The notes under the pieces were generated by a model. That model saw nothing but the letters and a program-made list of their open reading frames with translations, did not search any database and was not told the origin of the DNA. From Deltaproteobacteria bacterium (GTDB lineage Bacteria; Desulfobacterota; Desulfobacteria; Desulfobacterales; ETH-SRB1), in NCBI GenBank assembly GCA_030627405.1, contig DAOUSD010000001.1:1-54907 (forward strand): a DNA stretch of 54,907 bases. The letters are read 5' to 3'. The position numbers were made by a program, and so were the translations under genes. Positions 7,401 to 17,200 of this stretch are shown here, in pieces. Each line of letters opens with the position of its first letter. Within the stretch, counting starts at the first letter, position 1.

Positions 7401-9723
7401 TAGTTCCTTCGGTAATATCATCTGTATCATCATTTAGTTTATTAAAATAATTGGTTTCGATGTAGGATATATCACTAACATTCTGATTTATGTCAGTTCT
7501 GTGAGCTGTTATTGAATCAGCATTTATTTGTATGTTGGTTGTATTGGTGTTTATATCTGTTCTCAAATTATTAACGGTATCATTCAATCCAATAACCTGA
7601 AATTGCGTTAACCGGAATCCTGTTGAATCAAAATCAGTCAGTAAAATATTTCCTTTAGGAATTGAGGTAAGGCCATCCTCACTGGAATTTACTACCATTA
7701 TATCGTCACCTCTACCAGCATAAGAAGTGAATACGTCACCTAAATCAATAAAATTATTAGCCCCAGAACCCCCGGCTCCTGCCCCTATTCCGGGAATCGC
7801 AAGGTCAATATAATCGACATCGTTTCCTGTTATTGGGTCTGTTACTGATACTATTCTGCCATGTACGGCATTAGTATAATTATCTCTTGTTTGATACACA
7901 ACCAAAGCAACTTTTGCAATTTCCTTAACAGGAAGGTTCTGTAATATAGTGGCAGCATCTGCCAGTCCGCCATCAACTGCATCCTGTTCGTCTGCATACG
8001 AAGCATGCCCGGGAATTGTGCCATATTTCAATCCGAGTGTATTACTGACAAGCATCAGATAATATACGTAATCTCCATTTGTTGCCTCGCTTAATTGCCA
8101 CGAACCGCCGACATCTTCGTTATACGCAAGTCTACCCGTACCTGTTGTAATTACACCAAATCCTGCATTTGTAGCCCTTAACCAAGCAGAAGTACCATCT
8201 TTATAAAATATTGAATATCCTTCTGCACTTACTGTTGCTGGAACAGATGTTTTAATGTCTTCATTTCTAATAGTACCAGATAAGTTTCCATATTGGGCAT
8301 GAGAATCTGAATTACCTGAGCCATCAATATCGAAATCGACTAATAATATAGGCTCTATAATAGTACAACCATGAACATCATATAAAGCACCTTTAGTCTT
8401 TCCATTCATGTCGAAAGTGTGAAATTCGTTGTTGACGAAGATAAAAGTCCCAAAAGTAAGAGAATGATAAATATTCATTATTCCAGGATACCTTTCCTTT
8501 ATTTGTCGTGATTCAGTATCGGTAGGGTTAGCAATTTCCGTTATCTCACCTTCATCATAATAAAGCAAATGAATTCCTTCTACATTCGAATAAACAAATG
8601 TATCCGCTGCAAATGCATACTTTTCTCCATCTTGATAATGATAAAATTCATCACCCGGAGTTGCAGTCAATATCAGTGTTCGCGTTGGTCCATCTAAACT
8701 TAGCCCAACATTGTCAGGAAAACTATTATCGTCAGCATCCGGCCATCCAGTATAGCCTTGTTGTTCTACTGTTACTGCAGATGTTCTAATGTCAACTATT
8801 ATTGTACCATCAGTAGCATCTATCTTTCCTGGACTGCCTACTATTGTCTCGTAGTGCCCTCCTATTGGTCTGGTAATGGTTATTTCTCCGTCACCATTTA
8901 GGTATAAGAATTTAACGCCAGCATAAGCCAGTGTGTTTAAACCTCCTACTTCTCCAAACTTAGTTACCCATCCAAATGTTAAAGGTGGAATATCATGTGT
9001 TGCAACAGCTATTAACGTTGACTTGTCTTTATATCGAGAATCTGCTAAGAATATTTCAGGTGAGCCAAATTGATCACCACTAGGTGCAACTATTATTCCA
9101 TTATGTATTGTATCTTCTGTATTGTTATAGATTCTTATTAAGTTTTCTAGTCCAATATTAACAGTCACACCCTCTATTTCATTATAATAGGCTAGGGTAT
9201 GTTTTATAGAATCGTAAAACGTTTTGCCTTCTTGATGAGTAAGACCTGATTGTAATGTGTATTGAATTGAGTCATGTGGATTAAATAACTGTCCCCAAAG
9301 GATATTCATATCTAACCTGTATCCATAATCGAAAGCTTTGGTGTCAAGTTTCTCGAACATATTTGTAGGCAAAGAATGGGAATCGCCATTTCCGGCTGAC
9401 TGGTAAACATATCCGATTTTACCTTGAAATGGCGCAAATCCAGCTCCGAAAATATCCACTACCGTAATAGTAGGCGATGCGGTTGTATCTATTACTAAAT
9501 ACCTTAATCCGCGATTGTCCATTAAGTAATTACCATATTTAAACGGGAAAGCACCTGGTTCGCTTAAATCTAATGGTAGCACGTCAACAGTGAATGTATC
9601 CGTATTAATAAATACTACGTTGTCCAAATTTGTACTCCATGCTATTTTTGGAAGATACTGAGTATAATCCTGAGACATCGAGAATAACGGAAGAAATAAT
9701 AGTACTATCAGTATTTTTTTCAT
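4465..9723 (-). CDS. Tail fibre or large receptor-binding structural protein
   Basis: 1752 aa, rich in G/T/S/N, downstream of the tape measure and baseplate-like genes. It has six 17-aa YNTANG..SL..NTTG repeats and a hydrophobic signal-like N-terminus. Confidence 0.8.
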   Translation of the reverse strand: MKKILIVLLFLPLFSMSQDYTQYLPKIAWSTNLDNVVFINTDTFTVDVLPLDLSEPGAFPFKYGNYLMDNRGLRYLVIDTTASPTITVVDIFGAGFAPFQGKIGYVYQSAGNGDSHSLPTNMFEKLDTKAFDYGYRLDMNILWGQLFNPHDSIQYTLQSGLTHQEGKTFYDSIKHTLAYYNEIEGVTVNIGLENLIRIYNNTEDTIHNGIIVAPSGDQFGSPEIFLADSRYKDKSTLIAVATHDIPPLTFGWVTKFGEVGGLNTLAYAGVKFLYLNGDGEITITRPIGGHYETIVGSPGKIDATDGTIIVDIRTSAVTVEQQGYTGWPDADDNSFPDNVGLSLDGPTRTLILTATPGDEFYHYQDGEKYAFAADTFVYSNVEGIHLLYYDEGEITEIANPTDTESRQIKERYPGIMNIYHSLTFGTFIFVNNEFHTFDMNGKTKGALYDVHGCTIIEPILLVDFDIDGSGNSDSHAQYGNLSGTIRNEDIKTSVPATVSAEGYSIFYKDGTSAWLRATNAGFGVITTGTGRLAYNEDVGGSWQLSEATNGDYVYYLMLVSNTLGLKYGTIPGHASYADEQDAVDGGLADAATILQNLPVKEIAKVALVVYQTRDNYTNAVHGRIVSVTDPITGNDVDYIDLAIPGIGAGAGGSGANNFIDLGDVFTSYAGRGDDIMVVNSSEDGLTSIPKGNILLTDFDSTGFRLTQFQVIGLNDTVNNLRTDINTNTTNIQINADSITAHRTDINQNVSDISYIETNYFNKLNDDTDDITEGTTKLFDKTVSFSGGANVTIGGTYPAFVITDNSGTSNLALGETSVTAYRGDRGKIAYDHSLLVTGNPHAVLATQISDFDTEVSNNSSVVANTAKITNATHTGDATGATALTLATVNSNIGTYNNVTINAKGLATAGSNVAYEVPLTFSTGLTRAINTITTNDSEINHDGLLNYAIGQHRIINDAGTSATELWSASKINSTINTSVSGTTNYVSKFTGVNSIGNSLIYDDGTKLEVAGRVYQTGLGNSTYFGYGAGAIDDLSDNRNAGFGSQSLFYNTTGSYNTANGYRSLFYNTTGSYNTANGMQSLYSNTTGYYNTANGYQSLYYNTTGYYNTANGMQSLYSNTTGRYNTANGYQSGRYIISGAENETSSNSLYLGYDTRALADGGINEIVIGYNTHGAGSNSVVLGNDDITKTVLKGNVGIGFTTPLAKTAINGGLHVGGESDPGDNNLLVDGSIESVGTVTHAAATLGTQSLIKSQVEDASIDGDFSSLAIGGVPVVSNITTNLSEGTATTTTVDINSSDGTNATMVGADGTRAGLMTKAKFDEVEVNNAKISGINNHSGLTELDYASSGHTGFARTGGTNSFNGDQTLTNGNLWLTSGNIILASGNYMRLLGRPLAPTGQTSSVGDLWMSSVDKKIYFTTSTAEYDLTGGGGAPTDATYITQTANGTLTNEQALGSLSTGFMKSATTTGVVTTQAQISLASDVSGNLPVGNLNSGTSASASTFWRGDGIWAAPTGTSKWQTLTGAIAPATITDEVRVGSVADYGAYMFQVTGSAYLSASLIAAGDVSGNIINASSGFEGGYADLSSYLSVTGTSLMDGIFRIKERTTPASSTNYGTIYPKDDNNLYYLDESGVETNLLTSGGGEIDVYSGNLGASTSGWHSTSGTAISVSNKMVVANASIVFTDVNGNYLGLVKWVSCGTYDNGTPSIHYNKTYDSNPTNITVTPALSGSYLGVDISHTTGATIYFVLTSYFGDQL
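6326..6615 (-). repeat. Tandem 51-nt (17-aa) coding repeat inside the fibre gene
   Basis: Near-identical units start at 6349, 6400, 6451, 6502 and 6553 (gttggctgtattatag..gccagtggtatt...). They encode NG[YM][RQ]SL[FY][YS]NTTG.YNTA. Confidence 0.9.
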
Positions 9724-10409
9724 TATTGAAGTAGGATTTCCAATTTTAATTTATAAGCCGTATAAAATACACTGATTGATTCAATTGTCACATTATTGTT
9801 GTCCATTAATATTCCAGAATAGGCATTATCGAAATTCCGTAATTGTCTGTAAAAATCTCCCGAAGTATTATAATAAACTGTTGTATTCGCATGGTATCTA
9901 CTTAATCCATGATTTACTTGCAAATCTCCCCCCGAAGCACTCAATACCCACCCCGTTGGATAGTCTGTACCCTCAACTGCTGCTGCCACACTCCCCGCTA
10001 AAGTGCCGTTAATGGGTAGTGTAATTTCGTAAACAGTTTGCGCCCCAGTCGCAGATAGCATACTGTCAACCGTCCTCTGCGTATAGAATATGTCTAAAGA
10101 GTCGGAATATTGAACATCTCTCCCATCTGTCAAAGTAGAATCTATTCTTGCCCCTGCATACCACCATACCAAATAACCGTTACTTGGTTGATATATTATC
10201 GAATCCCATCCATTCCCCGATCCTGCTGTGTTTAGAACAAATTGCCGTGTTGCTGCAATAGTGTCATTGCCATCAATTTGAGTAGTTCCCCTCAGTGAAT
10301 CACCAGTAATTATCAACTCGTAAGAAGCCTCAACTCTTTCTCCTTTTATTTGTGCATTGCCAGCTAATACTATAAGTGCAAGTGCTAATATTAAAATTAT
10401 TTTTTTCAT
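9723..10409 (-). CDS. Exported or tail-associated protein, function unknown
   Basis: 228 aa. The N-terminus is MKKIILILALALIVLAGNAQ. Its stop overlaps the fibre start codon. Confidence 0.6.
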   Translation of the reverse strand: MKKIILILALALIVLAGNAQIKGERVEASYELIITGDSLRGTTQIDGNDTIAATRQFVLNTAGSGNGWDSIIYQPSNGYLVWWYAGARIDSTLTDGRDVQYSDSLDIFYTQRTVDSMLSATGAQTVYEITLPINGTLAGSVAAAVEGTDYPTGWVLSASGGDLQVNHGLSRYHANTTVYYNTSGDFYRQLRNFDNAYSGILMDNNNVTIESISVFYTAYKLKLEILLQ

Positions 10410-10415
10410 ATCAAT

Positions 10416-10811
10416 TTATTTATAATCCCATTCTACTACTATTCCTGTTAAATCAGCTTCCAGTATAGTCAGCTGAAACCCTGTCAATGATGGCTGATTT
10501 GCATCCACAAACCCCCACGACATTTCATATCTTCGCCATACTCCACTTGGCTGTTGAACCATTTTATACACCTCTGGTTCTCTGCCTATCGGAATTGATG
10601 TGTATGGTATGCCAAATGGTACTGTAACGTTAGGTGAACCCAATCCAGACAATCTCCCTTTTTCTGGATGATCGTCCTCTAGTAAATTCTCCAAAGGTAC
10701 TTTGAATGGTTCACTTCCGAAATTTATACTATCTATTACAATGTACAGCGAGCTAAGCGGTACTGCGCCAGAGATATACGTGTCTAATGCTCTTATTCTT
10801 TTTTGTGTCAT
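10416..10811 (-). CDS. Hypothetical tail or baseplate-module protein
   Basis: 131-aa ORF, assigned by position in the tail module only. Confidence 0.55.
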   Translation of the reverse strand: MTQKRIRALDTYISGAVPLSSLYIVIDSINFGSEPFKVPLENLLEDDHPEKGRLSGLGSPNVTVPFGIPYTSIPIGREPEVYKMVQQPSGVWRRYEMSWGFVDANQPSLTGFQLTILEADLTGIVVEWDYK

Positions 10812-10813
10812 AA

Positions 10814-13438
10814 TTATCCAAAGTCAAATTGTACATCTTCTGCTCCCGTAAAATCACCAACCTCACTTACCATTAAAATAAATGTGTCAGACACCGATCC
10901 TGATCCAAATCTATACCTAAGCGATATTTTTGTATGTTCTCTATCAAGATCATGTATTAGCGATTCGATTCTACCAATACTAATCTTGCTCTTGAAATAT
11001 TCGTAGTCGTAAATGCCTTTTAATTTTATTTCTTTCCCAACTTTTGTTCTTGTTGTAACATCAAAAACGACTGGTATATTATTTATTTTAGCGTCCAGAA
11101 AAATTCCCTCATACTTGTATCTATTTAAGATATTACTAAGTGCTAAGTTGCCATTTTCAAAATCAGTATTAGAAATCGGGACTTTTGATATTACTGCATT
11201 ATAATTACTGTCGTGATTGATCAGTATCATGCCATTCTCAATGTCAGATGGGTTTTCTATGCAATACCTAATATCGGTTGTTATATTCTTAGTTGCCAAT
11301 GTATTTCTAATGTCCTCATTCCTTTTATTTGATACTATTTTATCGTAAGTTATATTATTGTCATTGAAGTCTTTATATCCTGAATTCGCTATCTGGAAAT
11401 TAACCAGAGAATACATTTCAGATTTATCAAATTTCCACGATGATATTTCAGTAAGTAATTCCATATTATTCAAATATGGTGTGTTAGGTGTTGCGGTTTT
11501 GGTTATGTCTAAAATTACTTTAGCTTCATCAATGTATTTTAAATGCTCTAAATGCAATACCCCAAGAATATCAACCCACCAAAATATCTGATTATTAAAT
11601 AATGCCTTTAAGTCAGACATCAAGTCCTTGAAGTTAATTTTAAGGATGGAATCTTCAGAGTCAGTATTTATTTCTTTTAATTGATAGGTATGTGCGGCAG
11701 CTATTTTGTTTAACCAATTCTCTGTCCCCTGTTGGTACGCATAATTTACATTTGCGGACACATCAGGAATGTCAGAATCAGGATCGTTCCAAAAGAATAC
11801 AGAATTAATATCGTTGTTTACTAATGATAAAAATGTGCCGTTATAAACATCTTGTACTATTTCTCTAAAATCTCTCGTTTGGAGCACTACCGATTCCACA
11901 GATGATGGATATACTTTATTAGATTTTAGTCTTACGTCCCACTCAAGGCTTGCGTTTGTTCCGCCTGCATCGTCTATGTCTCCTAGATTCCATTCAGTTA
12001 TTGTTCCATCGAAAGGCTTCTTAACCCATAATCTTTCATTATTAGAATTATCATATTCGGTGTCAGTCCATCCTGATACTGGAGGTGTGTCACCCTGAGC
12101 TACATATTTCTCAAATCTGGAATATTTACATAGCGCATGAGTACTTGCTTTGTGTACTGTATTAAACCATCCACCCCACCAAAAATCAGAATACACTTCT
12201 ACCTCTGACAATTCAAATCCATAAGGCTCTAATACTGCCCCGATGTCATTTCCTGTACCCATATATAACCCACTTATAGGAATTACATTTATACCAAGCT
12301 CTGCTATGACAGATGAATCGATACTGGCGGCAGTGCTATATGGTGCATATAGGTTGGAATTAAGTAAGGTATCTTTCGGTGAGCCATCTATGTTAAAATA
12401 AGAAGCTAGTGTAGGTATGGTTGAATCATAATTGCTTTTAAGTATAGAATCAGTAACTCCCATTTTAAACTCAGTCCATATCTCGTAAGTTTTAAGGCTA
12501 GATTCTTGAATTTCTACTGAAACATCTGTTGTTGCGTATGCAATATTCGTAGTACTTAATTCAATCTTAATGTCATTATAGTTTACTGTGCAGGTAGGGT
12601 TCAAACTGCATATAACTCTAACCCAATCACCTTTAGGTATTGTTATGTCTACATTGTATGATTCAGACAGTGTGCCTGTACTGAGCGCACTGCCTAATGC
12701 TCCGCTATATATCTGATTGTCATCATTGTCATATACCTCTAATATGAACCATGATGGTGGTGTAGGGTCCGCTATTAATATTTCTGCATTTATGTAAACG
12801 GAAAAAGCCGCATCGTATTCCACTTTTGAATTTACAAATATACCTCCCGTTTTGTTGCCTAGTAATATGTCGGTAGGAGTCTGAGCTTCATCCATGTCAG
12901 AAATACTTAGTTCAACAGGAAGGTTGTGTGATTGACTAAAATCAATCCCCTTCATGTCGGGATCAATACTCCATGTCGATTTTCTTATAATTGTTTCCCC
13001 AAAAATAGGTACTTCGGTTTCCCAGTTTTCAACGAGATCCGTATATTGGTCTAATATCGTAGGTGTTGCTATGACAATTCCACTATCTTGGTCGAACTCA
13101 CAATCATTCGTACCAAAATAACCTCTTATGACATTTGATGAATCAGGATCTACAAGGCTTGCAGGAAGCGTTACCTTCATTCTTATCTCCTGATCTATCG
13201 AAGCATTTGCTATTATATTATATGTTTCTGCTGCCGACCCTGTAAGATTTGGATTGTTTTTAAATGTTACCTGCCCCCATGAGTAACGGGTAAACATTTC
13301 TTTATTAAATGGAGCTTTTTTAAATTGCTCAATATCAGGAACTATCTCTACCCAATTAGCATTGTCGTCATCGTTCCATTCCGAGTTCTTAGGAACAGTC
13401 CAATCTAAAAAGACTTTATATCTAGTATTAAATCCCAT
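10814..13438 (-). CDS. Tal-like or baseplate hub protein candidate
   Basis: 874 aa, the second gene downstream of the tape measure. The call rests on siphovirus synteny only. Confidence 0.45.
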   Translation of the reverse strand: MGFNTRYKVFLDWTVPKNSEWNDDDNANWVEIVPDIEQFKKAPFNKEMFTRYSWGQVTFKNNPNLTGSAAETYNIIANASIDQEIRMKVTLPASLVDPDSSNVIRGYFGTNDCEFDQDSGIVIATPTILDQYTDLVENWETEVPIFGETIIRKSTWSIDPDMKGIDFSQSHNLPVELSISDMDEAQTPTDILLGNKTGGIFVNSKVEYDAAFSVYINAEILIADPTPPSWFILEVYDNDDNQIYSGALGSALSTGTLSESYNVDITIPKGDWVRVICSLNPTCTVNYNDIKIELSTTNIAYATTDVSVEIQESSLKTYEIWTEFKMGVTDSILKSNYDSTIPTLASYFNIDGSPKDTLLNSNLYAPYSTAASIDSSVIAELGINVIPISGLYMGTGNDIGAVLEPYGFELSEVEVYSDFWWGGWFNTVHKASTHALCKYSRFEKYVAQGDTPPVSGWTDTEYDNSNNERLWVKKPFDGTITEWNLGDIDDAGGTNASLEWDVRLKSNKVYPSSVESVVLQTRDFREIVQDVYNGTFLSLVNNDINSVFFWNDPDSDIPDVSANVNYAYQQGTENWLNKIAAAHTYQLKEINTDSEDSILKINFKDLMSDLKALFNNQIFWWVDILGVLHLEHLKYIDEAKVILDITKTATPNTPYLNNMELLTEISSWKFDKSEMYSLVNFQIANSGYKDFNDNNITYDKIVSNKRNEDIRNTLATKNITTDIRYCIENPSDIENGMILINHDSNYNAVISKVPISNTDFENGNLALSNILNRYKYEGIFLDAKINNIPVVFDVTTRTKVGKEIKLKGIYDYEYFKSKISIGRIESLIHDLDREHTKISLRYRFGSGSVSDTFILMVSEVGDFTGAEDVQFDFG

Positions 13439-13449
13439 TTATCAATTTT

Positions 13450-13470
13450 CACAAAGTTATAGATAAAATC
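13450..13470 (-). promoter_or_regulatory. Late promoter candidate (21-mer also found at 25378..25398)
   Basis: The minus strand reads gattttatctaTAACTTTGtg. TAACTTTG matches the Bacteroidota -7 consensus TAnnTTTG, and 13 nt separate the box from the ATG at 13438. Confidence 0.5.
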
Positions 13471-14249
13471 TATACATCATTCATAGGTTGCAGATAATCT
13501 TTCAGTTTGAACTTCCAGTTTATGATTAAAATATCACTATAGCTAAAGTTCTGTGCGGTATCCGCAGTCTCTATGTCATATATTTCATTTGAATCATTCT
13601 TGTAGGTGATAGTAACTGTGCCGTTTGTTGCAACCACCCTTAGTCCAGCTAAGAAATTTAACGTTTTCCTGTACCCTGTAATCTCGAACTCCTGTGCATG
13701 GTTACGTGAATTGTAATAAGGGATATTGCCATATGTTTTTGAATCACCCTCTTCTTCTACATCGTATTCTTCCCTGAATCCGTTCTTTCTAACTTCAAGA
13801 TAAACTAAATAAGTGAATCCGGTCATGTTCATCTTAAGACTACTTATGGATATATCGGCAGTTGTCGCTTCAATTTTTAAATATTCAGAAACATCTGTTT
13901 TCCAACAAAATACATCAGTATATAACTTGCTTGCATCATAGGTTATTTCGACGTAATAAAAGCCATCATCTTTGCTAGTTAATGTTGCTCCCAAAAATAT
14001 CAATCTACTATAAACTGTCCCTGCATCATTGGTATCGTTTTCAACTGTCACTGAGCCTGTCGAAACTTGAACATCATTAATATCAAACAATTTATAACTG
14101 GCAGTAATTATCGTTCCTGTTACTATTATTTGAAAAGCAGGAATTTTATTCGTTTCAAAATGATGTAAAACACGAATATTTCCAGTATTGTCATATTGGC
14201 GATTAGCCTTCGTTTCGTAAATCCCTAATGTATTATAGCTATATATCAT
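13470..14249 (-). CDS. Distal tail protein (Dit)-like candidate
   Basis: 259 aa immediately downstream of the tape measure with a 4-nt overlap. The call rests on synteny only. Confidence 0.45.
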   Translation of the reverse strand: MIYSYNTLGIYETKANRQYDNTGNIRVLHHFETNKIPAFQIIVTGTIITASYKLFDINDVQVSTGSVTVENDTNDAGTVYSRLIFLGATLTSKDDGFYYVEITYDASKLYTDVFCWKTDVSEYLKIEATTADISISSLKMNMTGFTYLVYLEVRKNGFREEYDVEEEGDSKTYGNIPYYNSRNHAQEFEITGYRKTLNFLAGLRVVATNGTVTITYKNDSNEIYDIETADTAQNFSYSDILIINWKFKLKDYLQPMNDV

Positions 14250-17200
14250 ATCTTGTAGCGTCCAACGAAGCCTTTTCTTCGCACTATCTTATAATTACCT
14301 TCGTATGTTGTTGACTCACTAGTATTCTTGTTTATTTGCCTTAATTGACTATTTGTTGATGACATGTCAATCATGTTGTATGTACTATTCATCGCTTCGT
14401 TTGCTAAAACACTTGCAATTCCATCATTCGGAATAATATCTGTACCTGAAGGCAAGTTCATTACAGTAGGCGTACTTGGAGTGAGAAACATTTGACCGCT
14501 TGGTAATATTCCCAATTCTGATCCACCTGCTTTTGTTGGGTCTCCCTTCTTGTCTCCTACTATCGCTTGTCCACCTTCAAAGTTTTTAACCCCCTCAGCA
14601 AAGGATGGAAGAGGCTTGGCTAATACTGCTGCTAATTGTGCTGCTCCTATACCTCCAACGACAGCAGTTAATATTCCTGCTGAAATACCGAAATCAAATT
14701 TAGGAACCTGTGCCCAAATACCAATAATAGCCTGAGCAGTACTTAATCCAATATTAAATGCTGCTTGCGCTTTGGCTGCTTTAGCCTGACGTTTCGCAAT
14801 CTTTCTTTCCTCTGCCTCAAACTTACGCTTGGCAACCAATTTGGCTGCTTCTGAATCTCCTGCAAGTTGCGTTTCTCTTTCGTAGCGGTTTTTTGCTCGC
14901 TGAAGTTGATTGTCAGAAAATTGTTGCTGAATATTAAATCCTGCATTTACATTCTCAGAGATGAACGCAAATGTTTTTTCAAGTTCTTCTCGTTTTAATT
15001 TTTCGGTTTCTACTGTACCCTTACGGACAGTTTCTTGTAATTTCTCTTCAAGTTGTTTTTGTTTTTCTGCTGCATCTTCTTTTGCCTCCACCGAAGTTAT
15101 CGAGCTATCAATTATGGCTTGCTGTGCATTATACTCTATCGTTAATAAATCAACAGCAAGTTTTATATTTATTGCCTTTATTTTGGATGCCCTGTTTTTA
15201 GCGTCTAATATTTGTTGGGTGTATCCCTTCTGGATAGCTACCCTTTGAGTATCGGCATCTGCAAAAATAGATGCTACTTTCTGGTCACTAAATCTTTCAA
15301 AATCTTCTTCACTTGAATCGAAGAATTTCTTATCTATAAGAGTATTTCTCTTCAGGCTTTCGCTTAATACATTAGATTGTGCCAAGGCAGCATTTTTTTG
15401 CGTGTCTATCCGTTGCTTCGCATTAGCATTTGCAGATTTAGCTAATTCATCATTTTGATCTTTTATAAATTTAGAAAGTTCTATTCCTCTTTTCATTTCG
15501 GCGACATTGCCGCCATCCCCTAGTTCGCCGAGACTGTCTAATTCTACTTTTTTTAACGCTATCCGTAGCTCCATCTGACTCTTCTCGATAGAAAATAAAT
15601 CCTTTCCTGTTTTTTTATTTGTTTCAGCAAGCCTATTTGCAACTTCAATTCTTGCCTCTGTGAATGCAATGTCCTTGAACGAAAACGTTTCGTAGTTTTT
15701 AGATATAGCATCTAAATTTGACTGCTCTTTATCACTTAATCCCTTTTGTTCCTTCTTTAGGAGAAGAAAATCTCTAGTTATTTTTATTGCATCTAATGAT
15801 TTTTTATTGTTTTTTTGCTTTAATACTAATTCTTTTTCTTGTTGTATTAAAACAGCTTCGTAAGTAACGATTCCTTTAGACATGAAATCATTCGTACTGA
15901 TAAGACTATCTTTTAAACCCTTAGATGTTTGATTAGCAAATGATTTTGTATCTTTTTCTGCTTTGTCTAACTCCTTTTCGTATACGTCGAAACTAAATGG
16001 TTTTATAGACGCTCCTTCCTTATCTGCATCCATGAGTGATTTACGTCTTTCAACATATTGCTCAAATGCCTTAGAAGCAGTATCCATCCCAACTCCGATC
16101 TCTTTCATCTTCGCTATCCACGCGTTCAGATTCTTCATGTCAGCCAATGGCGATTTTCCTACATCTTCTATTTTATCAAAATAATCTACTATCTCATTTG
16201 CTCCCTTGCCGATACTATCACTTAATCCTTCTAATCCACCTAATTCATTAACCATCCCTAGCGTCCACCGCAGTTTAACTATCTGATCGTTTATCTCATC
16301 AATTACTGATATATACACGCTGCTTGCCTGTAATTCATCAACAAATTTTACCCACGAAGTTTTCAATCTTCCATGAGCCGCTGCTAGGTTATTAACTCTG
16401 TTTAGGGATTCTATACCATAAGCCTTTTCTAATGCGACTGCGAATTTAGGTAATGCCTCTGTGGACAACACTGACCCTGCCTTCAGCATTTTATCAAGTT
16501 CGACTATTGATACACCAACTGCATCAGCCATAATTCCCATCGCCCCTGGAAGTCTTTCACCTAATTGTCTACGAAGTTCCTCAGTAGTTACTTTACCCTT
16601 TGAAATCATCTGCTCCAAAGCAAGGAACACACCGTTCACTTCATCGGTTTTTAATCCTAATACTGCTGCTGCCTTTGCCGTAGAATTAAAAATTTTCATT
16701 GTTTCCCTAGCAGACATATTGGACTGCATTGATGCTGCTCGAAACTTTATGTATCTTTCAGTAAGTGTCAATATGTCCTGTCCGTAATTTATTACAGTTT
16801 TTGTTAGGAATATATTTGTGGCTGCATATTCTTTTGTGTCCTTTATTATTGTTCGCATAGAAAAGTCAAGTGAATCTAACTTTTTAGTCATATTCAATAA
16901 GTCTCTTGTGAAGAACTGTACAATCCTGTTTAGCCCAAACATCGCGGCTGCATATATCCCAACTGACCGAACTAAATTCTTTAATCCACTTGTTTTTTTC
17001 TTCCTTGCAGATTCTTCTTTTTTGTCAGCCATCGACTTATCTCTAGCGGCTTTCTTCTCAAATGCTGCAACTCTTTTAGCTGCGGCAATCCATTCTGCGA
17101 TATCTTTCTTTTGGTCTGCTAATTTTTTCTTGGCTGCTGCCCTCCTGTCTCTGTCAGCTTTTTTCTCGAATGTTGCCACCCTCTTTGCGGCTGCAATCCA

